Virus record (IMG/VR): IMGVR_UViG_3300033145_001062
Location: 1 to 57,433 of that record
Source of the DNA: a virus
Lineage: Duplodnaviria; Caudoviricetes
Direction: 5' to 3' (one strand)
DNA length: 57,433 bases
This document shows, piece by piece, positions 43,081-51,979 of this stretch. The position numbers and the translations under genes are program-made. The notes under the pieces were generated by a model. The model was given only the letters and a program-made list of their open reading frames with translations, was not told the origin of the DNA and searched no databases. The stretch's first letter is position 1; every line of letters begins with the position of its first letter.

Positions 43081-44222
43081 TTAAGCCTCTTTTCCATTTC
43101 CTTAAACACTGGAAGCCAGTATTTCTTCCATACATTATTCCAATCATATTCCATAATATTAGTCATTGCTTTTTTTCTCATGGAATCAAATCCGCCTGAC
43201 TCCCAGAGAGAAAAAGCATCCTCTAATTTCTCTAATATCGCAGATGGTTTAGCCTCAAATCTCCACGTCTCATTTGGCAGCCATCGACTGTCATCCTCAG
43301 TCGTATTGATAAGCCATCCTGTTTTGCAGAGTTCCGTACAGCTTGTTGTATTTGTCAGTATTGCAGGAATTCCGCAGGCTTGAGCCTCTATTATCGGGAG
43401 CCCAAAACCTTCGCCTTTTGTTGGAAGGCAGAATACATCGAATCCATTGTAAATATCAGCTAGCCAATCCGGATCTATTCTACTCAGTGCATAATCCAAC
43501 TGTGGAGGCCATATCAGGGCTTTATCTATCCCAAGATTAGCTGCTATTTTATGATAATTTATAAAGCTTTGCCTTGAATCCCTCTCATTTGCAAGGGAAT
43601 GAAGATAAAGTATAGATTTTGGATGCCTCTTGTGAAATTCCTTAAAAGCCCGCATAAGGGGTACGTATCCTTTCCGGTCATCTCCATAATTAAGACCTAC
43701 AGAGCCTATTACAAAATGTTCATCTGAAAGCCCGAATTCACCTCTAAATGCTTTCCTTGCCTCGGGCTTAGGCTTGAATATTTTTGTATCAACCCCAAAA
43801 GGTGCATAAAAAGGTTTAAGCCCTATAGACTTCAACTCCCTCTCCCCATGCTTTGACATCGCCACTTGCATTCCAGTATTTTTGCAGACATCAGCTAATG
43901 TTTTGCTTATATACTCTGTATCTACGGGAACATAGGCTACCCATTTCTCTTTTGGATACTGCCTTTTGCCTTGCAGAAGCCAGATATCCCAAAGAGTAAA
44001 GATATAATCAAAATTTTCAGTTTCAATCATTTGATTAATGAAAAATGTATCCGTTCCTTCAAATATCTCAAACTCATCCCATTTATACCATCCATGATCC
44101 GCATGTTTAGTCCCGACTCTCACAAAATGACCTGCATCCCTAAGCCTCCGGATTATCTCTTTTGTGACTACTGCATAACCTGAATTGGCCATAGGCGATG
44201 CCGAATGCCAAAGTATTCTCAT
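43077..44222 (-). CDS. GT4 (GT-B) glycosyltransferase
   Basis: DVFCLPTKGEGFGLPIIEAQACGIP. Confidence 0.92.
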   Translation of the reverse strand: MRILWHSASPMANSGYAVVTKEIIRRLRDAGHFVRVGTKHADHGWYKWDEFEIFEGTDTFFINQMIETENFDYIFTLWDIWLLQGKRQYPKEKWVAYVPVDTEYISKTLADVCKNTGMQVAMSKHGERELKSIGLKPFYAPFGVDTKIFKPKPEARKAFRGEFGLSDEHFVIGSVGLNYGDDRKGYVPLMRAFKEFHKRHPKSILYLHSLANERDSRQSFINYHKIAANLGIDKALIWPPQLDYALSRIDPDWLADIYNGFDVFCLPTKGEGFGLPIIEAQACGIPAILTNTTSCTELCKTGWLINTTEDDSRWLPNETWRFEAKPSAILEKLEDAFSLWESGGFDSMRKKAMTNIMEYDWNNVWKKYWLPVFKEMEKRLK

Positions 44223-44234
44223 ATATCCTCCTTA

Positions 44235-44281
44235 TAAAAAGAAGGGATCAGGAGGCAAGCCAAAGCCTGCCCCCTGTCCTA
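44235..44281 (-). terminator. Intrinsic terminator after the capsid genes
   Basis: CAGGGGGCAGGC/GCUUGCCUCCUG stem followed by U-rich tail. Confidence 0.7.
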
Positions 44282-44293
44282 ACTCATTCAAAA

Positions 44294-44740
44294 TTAAGCA
44301 GGCAATGTTGCCTGTGCATATCTTGGTCTCAACTGTAATAGCACACCGCCAACCTTCTCCGTCCCGCTTCCCGCATCAGTTGCGAGTTTAAACCCCACAT
44401 ACTGAAAACCGCTATCTACATCCAGGTCTTCGCCTCGAACCTGAGCCACCAGAACATCTGTATCGCTTGTAGCGGTAGACGTGAATGTATCGCTTGCACC
44501 TGAAACTGTCTTAGAGCCGCTGCCATCTGAAGCAGTTGCCTGCCACATGGCAAGTGTTAATACCGCATCGCTTGCAACTCCAGAAGCATGAGCAAGACCC
44601 ACAACCAGATCATAATTTGCCATGTTGACAAATTCAGCAGAAACAACTGTGTCAGCAGGTGTAGTCTCTCCGCCCAATGCAGAGCTGAAAGCACCATATC
44701 TTGAACGAACGTTCTCTGTAAATTTGTGTATGTTTGCCAT
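44294..44740 (-). CDS. Putative capsid decoration protein
   Basis: Directly after the capsid genes; Ala/Thr/Ser-rich beta protein; AGGAGG SD. Confidence 0.6.
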   Translation of the reverse strand: MANIHKFTENVRSRYGAFSSALGGETTPADTVVSAEFVNMANYDLVVGLAHASGVASDAVLTLAMWQATASDGSGSKTVSGASDTFTSTATSDTDVLVAQVRGEDLDVDSGFQYVGFKLATDAGSGTEKVGGVLLQLRPRYAQATLPA

Positions 44741-44756
44741 AGTTTTTTACCTCCTA

Positions 44757-45827
44757 TTAGCTTGTTGTTGTTAATACAATAAACATCCCCAGGTCATTAG
44801 CTCCTCGCTTCGGTGTAATGTCTGCACTCAGAAGCGGTTGGCCGTCTGTCCTGAGAACAATCTTCCAAAACGTCTCATCAGTTTCAAAGCCGTATGTTTC
44901 GCTTGTCTCAAGAGATGTGTCTTCATATTTAACATGACGAGACGCTGATATTCTCATTTCCCTGTCGCCTATAAGATAATGCCCGTGACCAAAGTCAGCA
45001 AGGATTATGTCGCCTTCCGTTCCCATTGCCTGGCATTTCTCCGTAGGGATGAACGGTATCCCCCAAAGCATACGATTGCTAAGATCTAGAGCTGTCGCTT
45101 GATTTGCTGCCGGTGATGTCGCCTCGAATAATTCACCTATCACATCGGGATTCAATAGCCAGACAGCGCTTTCCCAGCTTCGTGGGAGTAACCGCTTGGC
45201 CATATTAGCAATATCTCTCCAGTCAATTACTCCAACCGCAGCCCGTGTAACTTGTGTTCTGCATCCGGCCTGTTCAATACCTAAGGGCATTCCACCACCT
45301 GTACCATTGATAAAAGCATCATCTTCAACGAATCGAATAGCCTGCCCGAATGATGTTTTAGCAAATTCGCCAAAACTCTCATAGTCATCCTCAAGTTCAT
45401 TACTAACAAAACAACTGCCTACTAGTTTGTGAACATTTAACTCAACTTTACCAATTGCCGGTTTAGATATAGCATCAACTTTTGATCCTCGTTCCTCTAC
45501 CCAACTAAATGTAATTCCACCAAATAGATTTGAGCTTCTATCAGAATCCTTTAATACTCGTATCACCAGCGAATCTCTTTTCATCGGGAAAACCTTAGCC
45601 CGTGGCCTAACAATCGCATTTTCCATAGCTGCATGATAAATTTCTTTAGCCCATTGTTTCGGGACTAAAGCTCCACCCTGTGAGTCTGTTCCTTCCTCCA
45701 TGTGCCCTGCGGTCTTTCCAAAAATTAGCCGACTATCCGGCTGTCCTTCGCCATCGTAAGCTTTACGGACTTTGACAAGAAATTCACCTACACATTTAAA
45801 TCCGCCCGTTTTGTCTTTATATTCCAT
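44757..45827 (-). CDS. Major capsid protein paralog 2 (HK97 fold)
   Basis: EGTDSQGGALVP, WV.E, EDDAFINGTG.G.PLGI, W..N, GDI.L.DF. Confidence 0.9.
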   Translation of the reverse strand: MEYKDKTGGFKCVGEFLVKVRKAYDGEGQPDSRLIFGKTAGHMEEGTDSQGGALVPKQWAKEIYHAAMENAIVRPRAKVFPMKRDSLVIRVLKDSDRSSNLFGGITFSWVEERGSKVDAISKPAIGKVELNVHKLVGSCFVSNELEDDYESFGEFAKTSFGQAIRFVEDDAFINGTGGGMPLGIEQAGCRTQVTRAAVGVIDWRDIANMAKRLLPRSWESAVWLLNPDVIGELFEATSPAANQATALDLSNRMLWGIPFIPTEKCQAMGTEGDIILADFGHGHYLIGDREMRISASRHVKYEDTSLETSETYGFETDETFWKIVLRTDGQPLLSADITPKRGANDLGMFIVLTTTS

Positions 45828-45836
45828 TTCGATCTC

Positions 45837-47150
45837 TTAGCTTGTGGCGTTATCTAGTACAACAAAAGGTGACATTGAGGTTACAGGTGCAGCTGCATTT
45901 CTAGGAGTTATTACACTCTGCGGCCAACATTGACCAGCAACCCTAAGCACAAATCTCCAGCAATCCTCATCAGTAACAAAAGCAACGTGTGAGCTGAAGT
46001 CTATTGTGATTGGCTGCCGATTGAAAATGAGGTAATACCGCATATCAAAATAACCAACATCGCCTTGTGTACCAAGACTTGGCATTTTCTCACTAATGAA
46101 AAACGGCCTTCCAAAGATTCTGCCAGGGATAGGATTCTGTGCGCCCATGTCTCGATTGATCCAGATAGGATTTGAAGTAGCAGCGGGAGCAGTGTCGCCA
46201 GATGTCATACCAATAAGGTCAGGAAGCACACTAGGATTAATTACCCATACTGCATAAGGATGAGAAGCAGGAAGCATGCAAGCATACATTTCACGTAAGT
46301 CTTCAAAATATAATCGACTAGATGTATTCCTGAGAACAGCCTTTACGCAACTACAATTCTGAATCCCCAACGGTTGACCAGCACCAGAGCCGTTAAGAAA
46401 AGCATCATCTGTAAAATAACCCCATGCAGAACCAAACATCCGCTTAATCAGCGGAACAAGAGCAATGGCAGAATCATCTCGCAGCTCATGTGAAAGATAG
46501 GTTACCCCCGCTAATTTATGCGGGGTCAGAGTCAATTGTCCGAATTCAGGTTTAGTAGCCCCTTTTATTCCCTTCTCTGCTACCCATTTAGCTTGTACTC
46601 CACCGAATACTGTCGTTGCATGAGAGGTGTCATCTACAAATGGAATTTTAATCGAATCTGTTTTAACTGGAGGGATAATTGTAGCCCCATTTGGCATTAC
46701 TATTGAATTTTCAAGAGCAATCATTTGAAGGTCTGATTTAAAAACCTCAGGTACAAGAAATCCACCCTGGCTGTCTTCGCCCTCTACCATATGGCCTGCT
46801 GTTTTAATATTACCTCCAGATGTAATAAAAGTTAATCGTTCATCAACAACTCTTTTCGCCAAGCCAATATCTTTAGCTTTAATTATTGCCTCTAAATATT
46901 CCTCGGGTTTTTCAAACTCTTTGCCTCTCTCAACTGCCTCTTCTTCCTTTTCGGTAGGTTTTAGACCGTCAAGAACTTCATTAACTTTCTTTTTGTCTAG
47001 ATTTATTTTGCTTTCTTCAGCTAATTCACCTAACTTATCCTCAACTGCTTTTTTTGCAAACTCATCAAGATTTTTCCTCGTTGTATCCAGAATATGCTGA
47101 GTGAGTTCAGCTTCTGTCATTGTTTTTTTCTCTTTATTTTCTTCACTCAA
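45837..47150 (-). CDS. Major capsid protein paralog 1 (HK97 fold with N-terminal coiled coil)
   Basis: EGEDSQGGFLVPE, DDAFLNGSGAGQPLGI, SPFVVL; TTG start with GGAG SD. Confidence 0.93.
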   Translation of the reverse strand: MSEENKEKKTMTEAELTQHILDTTRKNLDEFAKKAVEDKLGELAEESKINLDKKKVNEVLDGLKPTEKEEEAVERGKEFEKPEEYLEAIIKAKDIGLAKRVVDERLTFITSGGNIKTAGHMVEGEDSQGGFLVPEVFKSDLQMIALENSIVMPNGATIIPPVKTDSIKIPFVDDTSHATTVFGGVQAKWVAEKGIKGATKPEFGQLTLTPHKLAGVTYLSHELRDDSAIALVPLIKRMFGSAWGYFTDDAFLNGSGAGQPLGIQNCSCVKAVLRNTSSRLYFEDLREMYACMLPASHPYAVWVINPSVLPDLIGMTSGDTAPAATSNPIWINRDMGAQNPIPGRIFGRPFFISEKMPSLGTQGDVGYFDMRYYLIFNRQPITIDFSSHVAFVTDEDCWRFVLRVAGQCWPQSVITPRNAAAPVTSMSPFVVLDNATS

Positions 47151-47164
47151 TTTTTTTCTCCATT

Positions 47165-47330
47165 CTCTACTGGCTGTTAAATTTCAGGTCCTTCAACTTG
47201 CCTTCGTGCCTAATGTCTCCGTAGATTCAGCACATGTTAACTGATTGCTCTGTGTCAACCTCCGCTAACTGCCTCACTCTACTGACATCGCCGGAAAAGA
47301 TTAGCCTACTCTTTCCCAAAGCCAGCAGGA
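47165..47330 (-). ncRNA. Candidate structured RNA upstream of the major capsid gene
   Basis: Closing stem CUGCUGGCU/AGCCAGUAG and nested stems GAUGUC/GACAUU, GUAGA/UCUAC, GGAAAGA/UCUUUUC. Confidence 0.45.
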
Positions 47331-47340
47331 TTAATAAAAC

Positions 47341-47646
47341 TCATTTGCGTGAAATGAGCTTTGTTAATCGTCGAAATTTATTACGGAAAAACAGGGTGTA
47401 TAATACCTTAAATGGAATTTCTTTGTCACCAACTCTTTCCATAGCTATAGCCCCGTTTTTTCTTCTAATTATTTTAAACGGTTCGTTCAATATAAGTCCG
47501 CTCCGTCCTGTACCAAAGCCTCTGAAAATATCAAAACTATAATTAATGCCTTCAATGTTTACTTCCTGTTTTTTTATATTCTGTTTAATCCTTAACCGCT
47601 TCAAATCAGAACCCCATCCCGTTTCAACATTATCCTTGCCAAACAT
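47341..47646 (-). CDS. Hypothetical protein
   Basis: ORF track; AAGGAG SD. Confidence 0.55.
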   Translation of the reverse strand: MFGKDNVETGWGSDLKRLRIKQNIKKQEVNIEGINYSFDIFRGFGTGRSGLILNEPFKIIRRKNGAIAMERVGDKEIPFKVLYTLFFRNKFRRLTKLISRK

Positions 47647-48060
47647 TTAACGCTCCTTCCTAAATTCCTGATTGATTATGCCAAGGTTATCACTCCACCA
47701 TCGCCTAAAATCATCCCTATCACATTTGAATATCTTTGCCAATTGTGTCAGAGAGTTGCCTTCTTTGTGTTTTTTAACAACTTTCCTGATGTCAAGATTT
47801 AGTCTTTTCTCCGGCTTCTCTTCTAATACAGGAATCTCTTTTTCCAATCTTTTTCTAATTGTCTTGACCATCCCGGGATTTGCTTCAATAAGATTTGTTA
47901 TTACTGTTGCACGCTTATTCACCCACTCTCGCAATCGCTTCTCATTTAGATACATTTCATAAGCAACTTTTTCTGTTGACCAATTCAAAGCCTGCTTGAA
48001 ATAATCCCACTTGACAGCATTCTCTAAGGTTTCAATATGACTTAATTCTTTTTTATTCAT
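47647..48060 (-). CDS. Hypothetical protein with two HTH-like segments
   Basis: STEKVAYEM.L...RLREWV and SLTQLAKIFKC....RRW. Confidence 0.55.
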   Translation of the reverse strand: MNKKELSHIETLENAVKWDYFKQALNWSTEKVAYEMYLNEKRLREWVNKRATVITNLIEANPGMVKTIRKRLEKEIPVLEEKPEKRLNLDIRKVVKKHKEGNSLTQLAKIFKCDRDDFRRWWSDNLGIINQEFRKER

Positions 48061-51000
48061 TCCACCCTCCCTAATTTCCTTTTAATTTTTATATCCACAG
48101 CCTCACCCACAGCCTTACCTAACAACTCCTTCAGATTATCACCACTCAATATCTTCTCAATCGCCTTAGCCAGCCTAGTGTCTAATTCAGGCTTTTTAAC
48201 ATCCTTTTCTATGACCAAGCTCTTCTCTGTTGCAATTTTTGTTTCCTTTTCCTCATCCCTGCTAACCGGCTCAGTCGCATTGTAAAGTTCATCTAGATGT
48301 TCCTTGAGTGCAGTCAAGGCGTCTATTGTATCCTTAACCATCGTACGGTTTTTCGTGCTTAGGACTCGGCCTTCCTTTAGTTCTACAATCTGCTCTTGCA
48401 TCATATTGAGATTTTCCTTGAGTTCTGGAATATCCATGATTCTAAGTTCAGTTACAAGCTTATCGTCTCCCAGGATTACACCTTTCTCTGCTAACTCTGT
48501 GCGCACTTCGCTTCCATCAATAACTGAATCGCCTTTAATTTCAAATTCCGTCTCTTTTCCTGGCCCAGGCCTTTCGCTTCGCCTCATATCACCACCACAT
48601 TTAGGACATTTAATCTTATCGCAATGTTCCTCGCTCTCCATCTTATATCCGCAAGAAATACACTCGCAGTTAAACTTTTCCTGCTTCTCGTCATTGTCTT
48701 TTTTAATCTCTATTTCTTTCGTCATTTTAATATTCCCATCAATCCACTTCACCTTATCCCAAAATGCCTTAACATCAACCTTATTCCCCTTAATTTCCTC
48801 TATCAGCTCCCTCTGCTCAATCAGCTTATCAAGGCTTTTTAGCAATGCCTTCCCTATTCCTAGCTCATCTTCTTCGGCAATCATCTTAGCAAATTCAACC
48901 AATTCTTTCAAATGGGCCCCTGAAAATCCCTTTGTCTTCTCTACGATATCATCAAACAAATCCTTCTCTATATCCCCAGCCCACAGGGTAAGCATCTGTG
49001 TCCTTTCCTTTGATCCTGGCAATTCAAAATTGATAATATGATGGAATCTACCCGGTCTGTCTAGCAAAGCGTCTGGGAGTTTCTCCGGATAGTTAGATGT
49101 CATTATGGTAATCAGCCCCTTATTCTGCTTTATGCCATCCATCTCAGCCTTTACTAAATCTGTCACAAATTCCATTTCACCCCTCAGCCAAGTATCTATA
49201 TCCTCAAGGAAAAGAATCGATGGAGATAAGTCCCGAGCAAGAGAAAAGCCCAAGGCTAAAGCCCTTAGCGGGCCGACCTGCCGGAAATCTCGGCTAGATA
49301 CCCAGATGAATGTCGTATCCAATTCATTCATTAATACCCGGCCCGTCTTTGTCTTGCCTGTACCGGGGGGCCCGATAAATAACAATCCACGCCCTGTAAG
49401 ATTCTTCCCCTTCTTTTCTAAAAAGTTAGCTGATTTGATTATCGAATCCTTATACTTAGAATCTAAAATAAGATTATCCCAATTATCACCTGGCTCATCC
49501 AGGAACTCGCCACTGAGTGCAAACTTTTCACCTCTAAGGAAATTGTTTTCATAAGCCCAATTATGCACCTTATCCAGAAGGTCTTTATTCCATTCTTTAT
49601 TCTCATTTGCCGTTACAAGCGAGACATCAATCCCGCTCCAGCCAGAACTAAATTTCACTATAAGCGGCTTACCATTCGCATCGTAAAAACAGACTCCATT
49701 GATAAGGAAATCATCTGATTTATCAGAATTAAGTTTAATTATCTCAGATACTGGGGGAACCTCCCCACCGTCCCAATTAAAGCTTCTAGTGTCCTTTAAT
49801 TTGAAGTCGCCTAAAATCTTTTTGAACCCGGCCAGATATGTCCCGAGTAATGGACTAGGGATTGAATAGCTATTAAGGAAAACATCCTTAACTTTACACT
49901 CTAAGAATTTTTCATAAAGGGCATAGCTGAACGATGCTATAGGAGCTTGAACTGCTGCTATATCAAATGCTTTAGATAGTGATTTATTCCAGCGTTCCTT
50001 ATATCCAGGCTCTTTTATTTTAATATCTGCAAAATCCTTATTTTCTGAAACCCACTTTTTAGCTTCCGCCATTGTCCATTTTTCCACATCGAAAAGATAT
50101 GTATGAATTTTCTTAACCTCTCCGCAGTAGAGAGCCTTAATTCCTTCCTTTGCCGATATGGTTATTGTTGCTGTTATTTTACATCCTGGATTGACTGGGA
50201 TTCTGTGATATTGGTCGGTCGTTTCGGGCTTTGTGATTGTTTCCTTCTCTTCTTTTGCTCCTGCCTTCTCCGCCTTTTCCCCTTTGATCTCTTTTTCTTC
50301 TTTATCATTTTTGTCCTTTATCACCTCGATTTCCTTGTCATTGTTTGCAATAGGGGGGCTAAAAGTTGTCACCCCATCTTTGCCTTTTATAACCTCTATC
50401 TCGACATCCTTATCCTTCACAACCTCTATCTCTAAGTCTTTTTTGAGACGAGGGGATTTGATTGTAATCTCTCCCTTGCTTACAGCCAGGTTTAAACTTT
50501 GAGCATTTGAGGCAACTGGGACGTCTGAGTGTTCTAACATTAACCATTTTGTATAAATTGTCTTTGCCTTGTCACTCTCACCCATCTCTATCCCATAGTC
50601 CTTTTCAAGAACGCCCTGCCATTCTGCAAAAGCTTTTTTATCATCCTCCCGATTCACAGCTTCAATGGGTATAAATCCAACTGAATTAGAGTTAAGATGT
50701 TTAGCCTTTACACACTGATAAACATCCTCTGCAAACTGATGTTTAGCATAAATCGTCTTAGCTAAGATACCTTCCTTTGTCTGCTTTATCCACTGGTCGC
50801 TACCCACTGGCAAGCCTTTATAGTCGTGGCCATAAAGTACACTTGGAGACTGCCGGAAGTCATCCAGAATAGCTCCACTAGGAATCAATATCTCCCCATC
50901 CCGGTCAAGATGAGGAGTCGTTACCAACCTTATCGCAGCCCTTTCCCCCTCTTTTATTCCAATATCTTTAGGGTCAATCGGAATACCTTTTCGAATAAAC

Positions 51001-51101
51001 TCAATCTCTCCGGCCTTTTTATGTAACTTTTGAGCGTACTTTTTAGTCTTATCCGGGAATAACTCTTTTAGTTTATAGCGATCTGTGCGTAATTCTTGCA
51101 T
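48057..51101 (-). CDS. Prohead protease (HK97 family) fused to an AAA+ ATPase, Zn ribbon and scaffold-like tail
   Basis: DRDGE..VLYGHD..SVGFIP..LE.S.V.V.SN; GPPGTGKT, LFLEDID, SN.P..L..ALLDRPGRF; C..CG...CPKCG; EGRVLS.KN. Confidence 0.9.
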   Translation of the reverse strand: MQELRTDRYKLKELFPDKTKKYAQKLHKKAGEIEFIRKGIPIDPKDIGIKEGERAAIRLVTTPHLDRDGEILIPSGAILDDFRQSPSVLYGHDYKGLPVGSDQWIKQTKEGILAKTIYAKHQFAEDVYQCVKAKHLNSNSVGFIPIEAVNREDDKKAFAEWQGVLEKDYGIEMGESDKAKTIYTKWLMLEHSDVPVASNAQSLNLAVSKGEITIKSPRLKKDLEIEVVKDKDVEIEVIKGKDGVTTFSPPIANNDKEIEVIKDKNDKEEKEIKGEKAEKAGAKEEKETITKPETTDQYHRIPVNPGCKITATITISAKEGIKALYCGEVKKIHTYLFDVEKWTMAEAKKWVSENKDFADIKIKEPGYKERWNKSLSKAFDIAAVQAPIASFSYALYEKFLECKVKDVFLNSYSIPSPLLGTYLAGFKKILGDFKLKDTRSFNWDGGEVPPVSEIIKLNSDKSDDFLINGVCFYDANGKPLIVKFSSGWSGIDVSLVTANENKEWNKDLLDKVHNWAYENNFLRGEKFALSGEFLDEPGDNWDNLILDSKYKDSIIKSANFLEKKGKNLTGRGLLFIGPPGTGKTKTGRVLMNELDTTFIWVSSRDFRQVGPLRALALGFSLARDLSPSILFLEDIDTWLRGEMEFVTDLVKAEMDGIKQNKGLITIMTSNYPEKLPDALLDRPGRFHHIINFELPGSKERTQMLTLWAGDIEKDLFDDIVEKTKGFSGAHLKELVEFAKMIAEEDELGIGKALLKSLDKLIEQRELIEEIKGNKVDVKAFWDKVKWIDGNIKMTKEIEIKKDNDEKQEKFNCECISCGYKMESEEHCDKIKCPKCGGDMRRSERPGPGKETEFEIKGDSVIDGSEVRTELAEKGVILGDDKLVTELRIMDIPELKENLNMMQEQIVELKEGRVLSTKNRTMVKDTIDALTALKEHLDELYNATEPVSRDEEKETKIATEKSLVIEKDVKKPELDTRLAKAIEKILSGDNLKELLGKAVGEAVDIKIKRKLGRVE

Positions 51102-51127
51102 CTTATTGCCTCCCTTGCTAAATTTGC

Positions 51128-51156
51128 TTTACATTTATTGATTAGTTTTGTATAAT
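51128..51156 (+). promoter_or_regulatory. Sigma70 promoter for the plus-strand endonuclease
   Basis: TTTACA-17-TATAAT. Confidence 0.8.
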
Positions 51157-51169
51157 GTCTATATAAGTT

Positions 51170-51979
51170 ATGTATATATGCAAACACTGTGGAAAAGAAT
51201 TTACTCCTAAATATAAAGTTCTCTCTTGTCATAATCCTCTTTATTGTTCTCAACGTTGTTATCATGAGGCAACAAAAACTGGAGCTTTTAAGACTTGTAA
51301 ACAATGCGGCAAAAAATTTTATATTCATAGAGGTAGAATTAAGCGAGAATTTTGCTCTAAAGAATGTAGGAAAAAATCCAAGCAAATTACTAAAATATGC
51401 CCTGCTTGCAAAAAGCCCTTTACTGTTTATAAATCTATGGGTCAAAGATATATCTTTTGTAGCATGGCTTGTAAAAATAAATTTACCCTTTATAAAACTT
51501 GTCTTAGATGCGGAAAAATATTTACAGCCAAAAGAGAGGATATTAAGTATTGCTCTGAAGAATGCCGGCGCCCACCTGTTTATATTAAATGTTTGAACTG
51601 TGGCAATAAATTTAGAGTGGTTCCGTCTCAAAAAGAAACTAAACGATTTTGCTCCTTCTCCTGCTATAGAAAATATTCCGGAGAAAGCTCTATTGAGAAA
51701 ATAATTAGAAAATCCCTTGACAGGCTGAATATTAAATATATTCAAGAATTTCAAATTAATAGCTATAGTGTTGATTTTTACCTCCCAAATAATAATATAT
51801 GCCTTGAAGTAGATGGAAAATATTGGCATAAAGATGTTAAAAAGGATGCCCTAAGAGATGATAAGCTCAAGGCATTGGGATATAGTATCGTTCGCATAAA
51901 AGAATTAGACATAATAAATACAGACAATATTGATAATTTAGTCATTGTTAATTTAAACATTCATGCCTCTTCAATATAA
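51170..51979 (+). CDS. Zn-finger-repeat plus Vsr/DUF559-like endonuclease (probable homing endonuclease)
   Basis: Five C..CG/K..F...(F/Y)CS..C repeats, then S.IE...YSVDFY....LEVDG.YWH...RD..L...GY..VR. Confidence 0.88.
   Translation: MYICKHCGKEFTPKYKVLSCHNPLYCSQRCYHEATKTGAFKTCKQCGKKFYIHRGRIKREFCSKECRKKSKQITKICPACKKPFTVYKSMGQRYIFCSMACKNKFTLYKTCLRCGKIFTAKREDIKYCSEECRRPPVYIKCLNCGNKFRVVPSQKETKRFCSFSCYRKYSGESSIEKIIRKSLDRLNIKYIQEFQINSYSVDFYLPNNNICLEVDGKYWHKDVKKDALRDDKLKALGYSIVRIKELDIINTDNIDNLVIVNLNIHASSI

Noticed and set aside
48304-49041. 245-aa plus-strand ORF and the many other plus-strand ORFs in the track
   Set aside because: Ser/Phe/Ile-rich shadows opposite well-supported minus-strand genes, with no SD or motifs.
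51068-51829. 253-aa minus-strand ORF
   Set aside because: Antisense shadow of the motif-rich plus-strand endonuclease; no recognisable motifs.
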